64,000 bases of DNA from Candidatus Heimdallarchaeota archaeon (GTDB taxonomy: Archaea > Asgardarchaeota > Heimdallarchaeia > JABLTI01), in assembly GCA_030614005.1 (NCBI GenBank), contig JAUWKS010000005.1, forward strand, positions 41,964-105,963. Reading direction: 5' to 3'. A program made the translations under genes and the position numbers. The notes beneath the pieces were generated by a model, which saw nothing but the letters and a program-made list of their open reading frames with translations, did not search any database and was not told where the DNA came from. Positions 48,918 to 58,660 of this stretch are shown here, piece by piece (position 1 is the first letter of the stretch; each line of letters starts with the position of its first letter).

Positions 48918-49664
48918 ATGGTAAGGATTGATTATTGTTCGATTTGTGGGAAAATGCTGCATGGGATTGTACGTAATTGTAGTTATTGTGCTAGAACATT
49001 GTGTAGGAAACATTGTGTAAATGGATTGTGTCCAGATCATCAACATACGATGACAGCTAAACAATCAAAACAACTTGGACAACAAACTAATTCATCAATT
49101 TGGTTAATTATATGTGTATGTCCTATTGGATTATTTTCACTTATGTTTGGTATATTTGGTTTGATTTGGGGGGATGGCTTAATTTTTGGGCTTGTTAGTA
49201 TGTCAATTTTTGTTGTTGTTATTATTGTAACAGTTCTAATTCTTAGAAGGAATAGCAGACGTATTGATAACATTCATACTGAAATAAATCAAGATCGACA
49301 GCAATTAGTTAGCATTTGTCCAAATTGTGGCGGTCCAATTATGGCTAGTAATTCTTCATGTTCGAATTGTGGTACACCTGTTGATTATTTAACATCTCAG
49401 CCATTACCCACTCCCCAAAAAATAAGTAATGATCAAGAACACCACATACCTCCACCTCCTCCTGGTTGGACACCGAATCCACAAATCGACAGAGGTTTAC
49501 AAGAAATTGTTGATGCAAATCCTGGGTCCAAAATTGAAGTCACAGGATTTTATGATGAGGCAACAAATTCCGGATTTCATATTTGTAAGCATTGTAACAT
49601 GAGATTTGAAACCAAAGGTAATACTCGAGAGTGTCCTTATTGCCGAAAACCATTATATGGTTAA
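48918..49664 (+). CDS. Membrane protein with three zinc-ribbon modules (N-terminal, central, C-terminal), two TM helices and a Pro-rich linker
   Basis: CSICGK...CSYCAR...C.KHC; TM helices WLIICVCPIGLFSLMFGIFGLIWG and LVSMSIFVVVIIVTVLIL; CPNCGG...CSNCGT; PPPPPGWTPNP; CKHCN...CPYCRK. Confidence 0.55.
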   Translation: MVRIDYCSICGKMLHGIVRNCSYCARTLCRKHCVNGLCPDHQHTMTAKQSKQLGQQTNSSIWLIICVCPIGLFSLMFGIFGLIWGDGLIFGLVSMSIFVVVIIVTVLILRRNSRRIDNIHTEINQDRQQLVSICPNCGGPIMASNSSCSNCGTPVDYLTSQPLPTPQKISNDQEHHIPPPPPGWTPNPQIDRGLQEIVDANPGSKIEVTGFYDEATNSGFHICKHCNMRFETKGNTRECPYCRKPLYG

Positions 49665-49870
49665 ATCAAATTTCTTTTTCTGTTTTTCTCTCTATTTCTT
49701 CTCGTTTTCTCTTTTAATAAATATACAACAAATTACAAAAAATAGTAAAGTTAATTGAATATGCACAATATCCTATATTCCTAATTTTAAGAAATTCATT
49801 CTTTTTGATTTCCATTTTCTAAGAATTGATATATTTCATTTAATGGTAGATGATCGGCAATACTGTTTAT

Positions 49871-50347
49871 TTAATATGCTCGTTTAATAACTAGATTTTC
49901 AATTAAGAAATCTGCAGGTACTAAGTTCACTTGCCCTTCCCTTTTGCCAGTTTTAAATCCCTTTTTAATTGCTTTATTCATAGTTTTAGTGAGACCACCC
50001 TTAACGTATTTTAGCCAAGATTTCTCTACACCAAATAATTTGTAAATTTTTCTTTCAGGATCAGGGATTAAAGGGAAAGGTACTTCTTGCTTACCAACAT
50101 ATTGTTCCATGCTTTCCATAGGAGATTGGAAGAAAGCAATGATAACTAGTCCCTTCTTTTTTAGCGTATCATATTCTTGAATCAGTTGACTAATTCGTAG
50201 GTTACATAATGCACAAGAAGCATATCTAAAAAATGAGAGTAATATTTTTTTCTCTTTGTAATCTTCCAGTTTAATGTTATTTCCTTCAAAATCCGTTACA
50301 GAGAATAATTTTGCTTTATTTCCTTCTTTCAGTCTCATTTCAATCAA
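49871..50347 (-). CDS. Thioredoxin-fold redoxin (AhpC/TSA / peroxiredoxin-like) protein
   Basis: ILLSFFRYASCALCNLRISQL (redox-active Cys context in a thioredoxin-fold beta-alpha unit); size 158 aa. Confidence 0.5.
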   Translation of the reverse strand: MIEMRLKEGNKAKLFSVTDFEGNNIKLEDYKEKKILLSFFRYASCALCNLRISQLIQEYDTLKKKGLVIIAFFQSPMESMEQYVGKQEVPFPLIPDPERKIYKLFGVEKSWLKYVKGGLTKTMNKAIKKGFKTGKREGQVNLVPADFLIENLVIKRAY

Positions 50348-50482
50348 ATAGTGATTACTAAATATTTGAATTAAAGATGTTGGTTCAGAAAATACTGTGC
50401 TAGTTTCTAAAAAATGTTTTTTACTACTTCATTAATCAATTTTATATTAAAAGTTTATAATTTGGAATAACAATCTAATTTT

Positions 50483-51226
50483 ATGCCTGATAAAAACAAA
50501 AATTCTTTACTTCTTGTAGAAATCTTATCCTCTCCATGGTCGACCACAGATTTCTCCAATGAGAAGGTGAAAATTAAAGGTGCAGTGAAGGCTGATTCAC
50601 TTGAAATTGGTGTATCTGAAATTGACCTTATAGCTAGTTTGTTGGATCATAAAGATCCAAAAGTACAAATTGGTGCAACTAAGATACTTGGGTTATTTAA
50701 ACAAAATGCAAATGCTTATGTCAAGAAAATATCAGAACTTTATAGCTTAACAGATGAAAAAGAACGCAACGAAATTATTGTTGCTCTTTCGAGTATTGGT
50801 ACATTAGATGCGCTTAAAGCTCTAGGAGATATAGTAGCTAGTCAGCCGTCATATGACGAATTATTTGATATAATCTTCCATATTGGTTCCTTTTTTGTTG
50901 ATTATCCAATTGAGAGTTTAGAAGCAATCCTTCAATGTCATACCAATGAACCTATGTGGGGAGTCATTCAAGGAAGTTTTAGAAAACCTCTAGAGAAGAA
51001 AGTAGATAATAAAACAGATTCACTTAGGGAAGAAATAGAATCCTTCGAGCGAATACCAATAGGTATTAGTCAAGAAATGGAACGTCAAAGGGTAACAAAG
51101 AATGCTGTGTTCTTTAGAATAAAACAAAATATGACACTAATACTACAAATGGAGCAAAGTAAAAATAAAGATGAGAGTAAAGCAGCTAAAATTTTCATTA
51201 AGAAAATTAGGAAATTACTGAAATAG
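50483..51226 (+). CDS. HEAT/PBS-lyase-like repeat protein
   Basis: Repeats such as LLDHKDPKVQIGATKILGLF and ERNEIIVALSSIGTLDALKALGDI. Confidence 0.45.
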   Translation: MPDKNKNSLLLVEILSSPWSTTDFSNEKVKIKGAVKADSLEIGVSEIDLIASLLDHKDPKVQIGATKILGLFKQNANAYVKKISELYSLTDEKERNEIIVALSSIGTLDALKALGDIVASQPSYDELFDIIFHIGSFFVDYPIESLEAILQCHTNEPMWGVIQGSFRKPLEKKVDNKTDSLREEIESFERIPIGISQEMERQRVTKNAVFFRIKQNMTLILQMEQSKNKDESKAAKIFIKKIRKLLK

Positions 51227-51237
51227 CAATCTCCTAA

Positions 51238-51960
51238 TTATTTTGTTTTTTCATCCCAATAATCGTAACAACTACTGCAGAGTCCTCCTGGTGCATCCAT
51301 CAGACCTCCACAATTCCAACAAAGATCAAGTTTTTCATAATGTGAAACCTTTCCAAAGGATTCTCTATTTGCATCAGATAATCCAAAGTATTTTAGCGAT
51401 TTATTCTTAATACCTTCAAATACACTCAGTAATGATTTTACTTCAATTGATCGAAATAGTTTGATAAAAATTGCAAACCCTATAAGAAGTGTTTTGTCAA
51501 TCTCAGACCAATCTTTCCACACTTCCTTGAAATGTTTATCTAGAATTTTATATCCTTTACCAAGTTCATCATAAGCTGAATCTTTCCCAAATATCACAAA
51601 GTGAAATACTCTGTCCATGTGATCCTTATACATGTAAATATCATTAATAGTGTCAAAATACCAAAATATCAATTCTATGTTGGCAAAATATTCATTATCA
51701 CATTTTTCTCCATGTAAATTTGTTACAATATATCTTTGCTGAAGGAATTTTTTCGGAATTGCATTTTGGTTTGAATTAAAGTCTTTATTTTTTGGAGCTC
51801 GAAAAAAAGTGAGATGTTCGTCCTCCTCTTTCGTAAAGATAATATCCTCTTCCGTAATTTTATCTTTAAATCTAAATTTTATGTAGAGTTTTAACCAATC
51901 TAATTCTTCTTCTGAGAATCCCTCTTTTTTTATTGATCGTAACTTTAGCTTGTTCAGCAA
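51238..51960 (-). CDS. Hypothetical protein with a C-terminal zinc ribbon
   Basis: C-terminal CWNCGGLMDAPGGLCSSC. Confidence 0.4.
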   Translation of the reverse strand: MLNKLKLRSIKKEGFSEEELDWLKLYIKFRFKDKITEEDIIFTKEEDEHLTFFRAPKNKDFNSNQNAIPKKFLQQRYIVTNLHGEKCDNEYFANIELIFWYFDTINDIYMYKDHMDRVFHFVIFGKDSAYDELGKGYKILDKHFKEVWKDWSEIDKTLLIGFAIFIKLFRSIEVKSLLSVFEGIKNKSLKYFGLSDANRESFGKVSHYEKLDLCWNCGGLMDAPGGLCSSCYDYWDEKTK

Positions 51961-52007
51961 ATAATTCCCTCATTAGATTTAGTTTTATATTATTAAATAA
52001 TTAATAT

Positions 52008-52469
52008 TTATAAAAGTGATTCTTCTGCAGTAATAGCACTTTTCTTCTCTGAATAGTTTCGTCTAAATTCTTGTAATAATACCTTTCTTCTATGATTGAA
52101 CCAAATAAAAGATCCAATTGCTACAACCAAAAAAAATACGAAAGGTAATGTAAGCGTGTATAGAAACAATAATGACACATCAAATATGTAATTGTGTGGT
52201 AAAGCGTAAAATGGATTTGAGTGATAATGAGTGAAATAAGTTATTACAGGTATTGAGAGGCAAGTAATGATTGAACTCAAATTTAGTGATAATGCGAGAT
52301 TATATCTCAAATCATTGACTTTCTTACTCTTTTTTCTCAGATTCAAAATAGTGAAACAGATAATTCCACAGAAAACTGTTAGAATGAGATAAATTATAGA
52401 ATAAACTAGAACATATTGTTGTATTGTTCCATCTGGCTCAAGTAAAAAGAGAATATTCATATCATTCAC
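52008..52469 (-). CDS. Membrane protein (4 predicted TM helices)
   Basis: Hydrophobic helices; no motif. Confidence 0.4.
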   Translation of the reverse strand: MNDMNILFLLEPDGTIQQYVLVYSIIYLILTVFCGIICFTILNLRKKSKKVNDLRYNLALSLNLSSIITCLSIPVITYFTHYHSNPFYALPHNYIFDVSLLFLYTLTLPFVFFLVVAIGSFIWFNHRRKVLLQEFRRNYSEKKSAITAEESLL

Positions 52470-52564
52470 TCAAAAATATTATAATTTAAATAATTAAAAA
52501 TATTGTTGTTTTTTAGAAAGTTTTTTTAAAAAGAAGCAACTATTTTCTAGCGAGACGATTTCAG

Positions 52565-53050
52565 ATGAAAATTGGTATAATTATTTGTGCTCGATACAAA
52601 GCTTGTGATGGTGGAAAGTGTTTTCGAGCAGTTAATAATCATGAAGGAGCATTCCGAAGATATTCAAAAGATGAACCTTTAGAAGTTGTTGCTTACACTT
52701 CTTGTGGAGGTTGTCCAGGTGGCAACATAGAAGTTACTGCTGCTAATGGTTTTAAGAAATATGGTGCAGAAGCAATTCATCTTGCTACTGGACTTTTAGC
52801 TGGTTATCCACCTTGTAAATATTTGTCTACTCATATTAAATTTCTAGAAGAACATACTGGATTACCTGTTATTGTTGGTACTCATCCTATGCCCACGAAC
52901 TATATTGCAATGCACAAGAAAGTTGGTGATTGGTCAAAATTCCATCTAGAATTAATGGAGAAATTTGATCTTCTTCATCCAGAAGAAACAGTAAAATACG
53001 ATTCCACCCGTTCAGATTACGTTTCCATATTGCAGAAAGAAGTGAAGTAA
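52565..53050 (+). CDS. CGGC-domain protein
   Basis: MKIGIIICARYKACDGGKCF and YTSCGGCPGG match the conserved Cys blocks of the CGGC domain family. Confidence 0.7.
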   Translation: MKIGIIICARYKACDGGKCFRAVNNHEGAFRRYSKDEPLEVVAYTSCGGCPGGNIEVTAANGFKKYGAEAIHLATGLLAGYPPCKYLSTHIKFLEEHTGLPVIVGTHPMPTNYIAMHKKVGDWSKFHLELMEKFDLLHPEETVKYDSTRSDYVSILQKEVK

Positions 53051-53147
53051 ATTCACTTTTTCTCGATTTTTTTTAAAATTATTTACCCAAAGATTAAATT
53101 TGAACTTGATTAATGTTATAGTAGCTATGTATTGAAGATGATTATTA

Positions 53148-54089
53148 TTGAAAAAAAGTTACAAATACATTTTTGGTCCTGTGCCATCAAGACGATTAGG
53201 TAAATCTCTTGGTGTAAGCCCCATCCCTCAAAAAACATGCAACTATTCTTGTGTATATTGTCAAATTGGACGAACAACTCATTTTACTAACACTCGAGAG
53301 GATTTTTTCCCCAGAAATGAAATTCTAGATGAAATAAAAGATGCCGTAGAGCAATTGGATTTTGATTACGTTACTTTCGTTGGAGAAGGTGAACCCACTT
53401 TAAGTAAAAGCTTGGGCTGGTTGATAATTGAAACTAAAAAATTAACTGATAAACCTGTTGCAGTAATTACTAATGGAGCATTGCTATATGATCCTCAAGT
53501 TAGAAACGAATTACTTACTGCAGATGTAATTCTACCAACGTTAGATGCAACTACTCAAGAATTATTTAAAAAAATAAACAGGCCAAAGAAAGAACTAGAT
53601 ATCGAGAAAATAATTAAAGGATTCCAAGATTTTCGCGAAAAATATACCGGACAAATTTGGATGGAAGTTATGGTAGTTGATGGATTGAATGATTCCGAAG
53701 AAGATATTGCTGCTATAAAGAAAGTATTGGATCGAATCAAATGTGAACGAGTGTATGTCAATGTTCCAATACGGCCCCCTGCTGAAAAATGGGTAAAAAT
53801 TCCAACCAAAGAGCGAGTAATTGAAATTTGTAAAATTCTGAATGCAGAAAATATCGATTCATATGAAGAAACGGAAGGATTCCACATTGATAAAGATAAA
53901 GACCTTAAAGAGCAAATTCTAAAAACAACGTTAAGACATCCTTTACGCGAATCACAAATATTGTCTATGTTAGATCTCCCAGAGGATGAGATACTGCAAT
54001 TATTGCACGAAATGGAAGCAAATGGTGTAATTAGAAAAAAAATTTACAATGAAAAAACTTTCTGGGTTAGAACAAAACAAAAAGAATAG
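53148..54089 (+). CDS. Radical SAM enzyme with a C-terminal winged-helix-like domain (TTG start as called; conserved N-terminus FGPVPSRRLGKSLGV)
   Basis: CNYSCVYC (Cx3Cx2C) radical SAM cluster motif; GEGEPTL (SAM-binding GGEP-like) block. Confidence 0.8.
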   Translation: MKKSYKYIFGPVPSRRLGKSLGVSPIPQKTCNYSCVYCQIGRTTHFTNTREDFFPRNEILDEIKDAVEQLDFDYVTFVGEGEPTLSKSLGWLIIETKKLTDKPVAVITNGALLYDPQVRNELLTADVILPTLDATTQELFKKINRPKKELDIEKIIKGFQDFREKYTGQIWMEVMVVDGLNDSEEDIAAIKKVLDRIKCERVYVNVPIRPPAEKWVKIPTKERVIEICKILNAENIDSYEETEGFHIDKDKDLKEQILKTTLRHPLRESQILSMLDLPEDEILQLLHEMEANGVIRKKIYNEKTFWVRTKQKE

Positions 54090-54185
54090 AGAGATTGTTA
54101 CTAATTAAAATATCATGCCAAAATCTTGTATAAGTGTCTATCCAAAGAGAAAATTTTTACTTCATAATGTTACCTAATAGCTATT

Positions 54186-55166
54186 ATGAATCAAAATAAC
54201 TCTATGTTAAAAGTTGCCGTTGTGCAAGAATCCTCGGTAATAATGAACAAAGACGGATGTTTGAAAAAAGTAGCTGAAATAACTAAAAAAGCAGCGGATA
54301 ATGGCGCAAAACTTGTTCTGTTCCCTGAAGCATTTATTCCTGCATATCCTAGAGGGTTATTATTCGGTACAAAAATAGGTAGTCGTTCAGAGGAAGGAAA
54401 AGATGATTTTGCTAGGTATAGACAGAACTCTATTGAAATTCCAAGCGAAGATATTTCTATTCTAGGCGAAATGGCGAAATCAAACAATGTTTACCTTATC
54501 GTTGGTATAATAGAACGTGATAATAGAAGTAAGGGTGGAACACTTTATTGCTCAATGGTTTATTTTGATCCTGATGGAAACTATCTAGGCAAACACAGAA
54601 AATTAAAACCAACTGGTTCTGAAAGGTTAATCTGGGGTGAAGGTGATGGGAGCACTTTAACTGTTATTGAAACTCCATTTGGTAAAGTTGGTGGGCTAAT
54701 TTGCTGGGAAAACTATATGCCTTTAGCTAGAACAGCTATTTATGGAAAAGGTGTAGACATCTATTTAGCCCCAACAGCAGATTCTCGAGAGCTCTGGCAA
54801 TCAACTGTTAGGCATATTGCTTTAGAAGGACGGTGTTTTGTTCTCTCCTGCAACCAATTTGTAACTAAGGATATGTATCCTAAAGATTTGGCTTGTTATG
54901 ATGAATTAAAGAGCTCTCCAGATATAATGTCTCGAGGTGGTAGTGCGATAATTGATCCAAATGGTAATTATTTGGCTGGACCGTTATTTGATTCAGCAGG
55001 AATACTTTATGCTAATCTTGATCTTTCCCTAATAGCAAAAAGTCGATTTGATTTTGATGTTATAGGTCATTATGCCCGACCAGATATTTTTCAATTAATT
55101 GTTAATGAAGAAAAACAGAAATCAGTTAACTTGAAAAAAAGAAAACGTAAATTGTTCGGTAAATGA
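54186..55166 (+). CDS. Nitrilase / cyanide hydratase-type carbon-nitrogen hydrolase
   Basis: Catalytic triad contexts LVLFPEAF (Glu), KHRKLKPT (Lys), GGLICWENYMP (Cys); branch-1 nitrilase-like length with a C-terminal extension. Confidence 0.85.
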   Translation: MNQNNSMLKVAVVQESSVIMNKDGCLKKVAEITKKAADNGAKLVLFPEAFIPAYPRGLLFGTKIGSRSEEGKDDFARYRQNSIEIPSEDISILGEMAKSNNVYLIVGIIERDNRSKGGTLYCSMVYFDPDGNYLGKHRKLKPTGSERLIWGEGDGSTLTVIETPFGKVGGLICWENYMPLARTAIYGKGVDIYLAPTADSRELWQSTVRHIALEGRCFVLSCNQFVTKDMYPKDLACYDELKSSPDIMSRGGSAIIDPNGNYLAGPLFDSAGILYANLDLSLIAKSRFDFDVIGHYARPDIFQLIVNEEKQKSVNLKKRKRKLFGK

Positions 55167-55284
55167 TACGATATCATCGGATTTTTCTATTAAATAGTAG
55201 AGATGAAAAAAACTTGAGACTAATTACTTTTATTTGTCTACATTTATATACTACACTTCTCCTTTTTTTAATTAGGGAATTGAA

Positions 55285-56250
55285 TTGAAAAGCAAATCGA
55301 TACAATTTATTACTGGGATATCAGCAATTCTAATTATTCTTTTTTCAAGTTTCATTTTAGAACTGCAAATTGTGAAGAGTGAATTAGTCCATTCTGAGAG
55401 TGGTTATACTTCAACAAGTACCGAAGTTGAAATAAAAGATTTTAGCGATTTTTCACTTTTTCAGGATATTGATACTGTTGAAAGTAGTATTAGTGATTCT
55501 AATATTAGTTTTAAAAGTACAGCTAGTACAATAACTCATGAGTACTATATACTCAATTTCAGTCAGTATCTTGAAAACTGTTCTAATATGGAGCTAACGA
55601 TTGAGTTTAATTATAATTTTAGTAATTCTGATGCTTTAATAGAATTTCAGTTAGGATCATATTATTATTCTAACGGAGAAAAAATGAACCCTGCATGGTG
55701 GGATGATTCTGATATAGGAACGGTAGCTATCAATGAGGATAGATTTAGAGTTCGAACTGATTTCAAAAAAGATGGAACTAGTGATATAATCAAAAATTAT
55801 GTTGGAATAGATCCAATCAATTCAGCAACAATTTATCTAAAGAAACAGAGAAATACCATGAAATGTTCAATGTCAGATAGCACCGGTAATATACTAATAT
55901 CAAAAAAATGGTTCTCTATTAACTATTATATTCCAGCGAATTTTCTTCTCATAGGCTTTTATACAAAAGTAAAAGGTAATTCAGTAAATATTACTGATAT
56001 TGATGGCAATCTAACTTTTGAAAATATTGATTGGCAATCCAAAATTGCTACTGCTAAAATATTAACAATTCTAGCAGGTACTATAATACCAATTTTAGTT
56101 TTGGCTAATATGGTTTGGTTTGGCTTTCATGCCTTTAAAAAAGGTCGTAATAAAAGACGATATTCACGTAAAGAAAATATTATAAAATTGAATGAAGAAG
56201 GTTTATCAAACGAAGAGTATTTAGATAAATTAGATAGAGCTCTAAAATAA
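55285..56250 (+). CDS. Type-I membrane/surface protein (signal peptide, extracellular domain, C-terminal TM plus basic cytoplasmic tail)
   Basis: N-terminal ITGISAILIILFSSFILEL; C-terminal ILTILAGTIIPILVLANMVWFGF followed by KKGRNKRRYSRK. Confidence 0.45.
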   Translation: MKSKSIQFITGISAILIILFSSFILELQIVKSELVHSESGYTSTSTEVEIKDFSDFSLFQDIDTVESSISDSNISFKSTASTITHEYYILNFSQYLENCSNMELTIEFNYNFSNSDALIEFQLGSYYYSNGEKMNPAWWDDSDIGTVAINEDRFRVRTDFKKDGTSDIIKNYVGIDPINSATIYLKKQRNTMKCSMSDSTGNILISKKWFSINYYIPANFLLIGFYTKVKGNSVNITDIDGNLTFENIDWQSKIATAKILTILAGTIIPILVLANMVWFGFHAFKKGRNKRRYSRKENIIKLNEEGLSNEEYLDKLDRALK

Positions 56251-56535
56251 ATTAATACTCTTTGGATTTCTTTTTTTCTAAAAAGACTAATTTTTAGAAG
56301 TGAATTTATTGAGCAGAACGAAATTTCTGGTACTGCACTTTTTCCTATTCCTGATCATGATGGTGTTCAAGTAGACAAAAAAGACCTTCTATTTCAATTC
56401 TTTAATCATACACTTTATCACCGTGGGCAAATTATGTTAGCTCTAAATAAACTGGAAAAGAAACTGTTGGAACAGACTATATTAAGCACATTTTTAATAG
56501 AATGTTTACGAAGAATAAATGAATATTTTAATTAA
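56251..56535 (+). pseudogene. C-terminal fragment of a DinB/YfiT-family (DinB_2, four-helix-bundle metal-dependent) protein lacking a start codon and N-terminal half
   Basis: Open frame immediately after the stop of 55285..56250 reads ...EQNEISGTALFPIPDHDGVQVDKKDLLFQFFNHTLYHRGQIMLALNKLEKK..., containing the family's C-terminal HxxxHRGQ motif. No in-frame ATG/GTG upstream. Length ~95 codons. Confidence 0.45.
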
Positions 56536-56695
56536 AACACGGAATCGGTTATTAACCAATTGCTTTAATTCTTTTACAATTAGTTAATTTCCTTTCAATT
56601 TTGAAATTGTTTCTCTCAAAAGTCCTCTTCTTCTTGTTGAGAAAAATTCTTAAACTTCTACTGACAATTATACTCTGAAAAGTGAGGTTAATATA

Positions 56696-58153
56696 GTGAC
56701 GAGTTCAAGGTACAGACAGTTAGATCTTTCGGAAGAAGTATCCGAATTCTTTGATGATTTTGAATTAGAGAAAGTTAGCTCAGGCATTTCTCTATTAGAG
56801 TTCTTTCAATTGAAAGGCATTCTTTTCAATCCAAATAAAATTGAAGATAGTGAAGAAAAAATAGAGGAATTAAGGGTCACAGGAAATCCAAAACAAACGA
56901 TTATTATGTCATTAGTTTGTGGCCTTGGTGTTATTGTATTAGGTATTATTATTGCCGCAGTAATAGCAATTGAGGATCTTGCTGTAGTTGCAGGCATTTT
57001 GGGGTTTTTGATAGGTGCTCCGATTATTTTCTTTGGAATTCGAAATGCTTTAACAAATGTTATTGTTTATAGTGACCGTTTAGTTTTTAGAAAACTATTA
57101 GGTGGTGCCAAAGTTTATTGGCATGAAATTAGAAGTATTGATGTTAGATCTAAAGTTCAAATTACTAAACAGAAAAATTTCTGGGGGGTGTATAAAGAAA
57201 CAGGTAGAAAAACAGTAGGTGTTATTTTAGATATTTATATGGTTGATAAAAAAGTATCTCTAGACTTGGAAGCATATGGATTACAATCTGGTCAATATAT
57301 TCTAAAGAAAATCTTTGATTATATGATTTATTTCAATCCAAAAATTCAATTTCCCAGTAGGGATGATAGAAATCAGATCCAACAAGCAATTACTAATGCA
57401 TACGCCCAAATAAATAGCAACCCTAGCAAAGCATTTGAGCTTGCTATTGGTTTGTTAGTTTTAGACGATAGAGATCCTAACATTTGGAAAATTTTAGCAC
57501 TCCTCATCACTAACATAATGCCTGAAGAAGCTTTTCCATTTATCGAAACAGCATTAAGTTTAGTGCCTAAAGATGCTGATCTTTGGAATGCTAAAGGGTT
57601 AGTATATGAACACTTGGGTGGAAATGATTTGGCTCTTGAAGCATACGGTCAAGCAATTGCAATTGAACCTAGACATACTTTTGCTGATAATAATCTCCGG
57701 AGACTCACTGGGCAAGATCCCATCCCAAACATTCAACCAATTCAATTTGTTATGCCTACAAGTGAAGTTCACTCAATGGAAGCATTACCTGAAATTGAAA
57801 TAAAGGTGACAGTAAAAGATATTAAACAAATTGAAAAAATAATTGGCAAACAAGACAGAATTTCAGTTGCTCATTTAATTAAATTAACTGGTCTATATAA
57901 AAGCAAAATAATTAAAATTGCTACTGAACATTTACATTTCATCTTAGAGGGTGATGTTTTAGTAAAGGATCCAGAAGCTCTGATTAAAGAACAAAAAGTA
58001 AAAGTGGAACGAGTAAAACATATTATTGAAAGTCAAAAAGACGTTCCCTTGGGTTATCTGGAAATAGTTTTAAAATTACCTCAAGATGAAATTATTGATA
58101 TCGTAAAAAATGAGCTTGGTTATAAAATAATTGATAATAAAGTAATCAAGTAA
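56696..58153 (+). CDS. Membrane protein with 2 TM helices, a bacterial-type PH-like (bPH_2/YdbT-like) domain and a TPR-like region
   Basis: TM IIMSLVCGLGVIVLGIIIAAVIAI and VVAGILGFLIGAPIIFFGI; then VIVYSDRLVFRKLLGGAKVYWHEIRSIDVRS (bPH_2-like); TPR-like DLWNAKGLVYEHLGGNDLALEAYGQAIAIEP. Confidence 0.45.
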   Translation: MTSSRYRQLDLSEEVSEFFDDFELEKVSSGISLLEFFQLKGILFNPNKIEDSEEKIEELRVTGNPKQTIIMSLVCGLGVIVLGIIIAAVIAIEDLAVVAGILGFLIGAPIIFFGIRNALTNVIVYSDRLVFRKLLGGAKVYWHEIRSIDVRSKVQITKQKNFWGVYKETGRKTVGVILDIYMVDKKVSLDLEAYGLQSGQYILKKIFDYMIYFNPKIQFPSRDDRNQIQQAITNAYAQINSNPSKAFELAIGLLVLDDRDPNIWKILALLITNIMPEEAFPFIETALSLVPKDADLWNAKGLVYEHLGGNDLALEAYGQAIAIEPRHTFADNNLRRLTGQDPIPNIQPIQFVMPTSEVHSMEALPEIEIKVTVKDIKQIEKIIGKQDRISVAHLIKLTGLYKSKIIKIATEHLHFILEGDVLVKDPEALIKEQKVKVERVKHIIESQKDVPLGYLEIVLKLPQDEIIDIVKNELGYKIIDNKVIK

Positions 58154-58252
58154 TTAGTATCTCGAAAAAGAGATACATTACTTTTTTCAATATTGGTTTT
58201 CTTATCTTTAGTAAATCAATCTTGATTCTAAAGCTAAATAAAAAAAATTAAA

Positions 58253-58624
58253 TCATGAAAGTGAATAGACACTTTTCATGATTGCTACATAATCTCTTTC
58301 GTTAAATTTCAAACCTAAAATATGATTTGTTTCGAAAATTTCGAAGCCATATTTGCTTAATAAATTGAGTTGGTTTTCATTCGATTTTCGTTCAATAACT
58401 ATTGTATTGATTTTTAATTGAGAATTATTCTTTATATGCCTCAGAGCATAATTTATCATTTGATTAGCTATTTTTTCTCCATAGGCTGGAGATAAAACAA
58501 GAGAAGTTTTGAGCAATCTTTCGCAGGAAGAATATTTAGAGATTATACTAAAAGAACAGAAAAATGCTAAGAAAATGAAAAATATTGGACACTTGATGAA
58601 TATTGAAGACCCAGAAACATTCAA
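58253..58624 (-). pseudogene. GNAT acetyltransferase C-terminal half (motifs A/B only); N-terminal ~40 aa of the ORF is non-GNAT, likely a truncated remnant
   Basis: LVLSPAYGEKIANQMINYALRHIK ... YGFEIFETNHILGLKF resembles GNAT motif A/B. The preceding MNVSGSSIFIKCPIFFIFLAFFCSFS is hydrophobic junk. Only 36 nt separate it from the upstream gene. Confidence 0.3.
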
Positions 58625-58660
58625 TCAATATATCGAGGAATTAGCAATGAAATGACAGTT

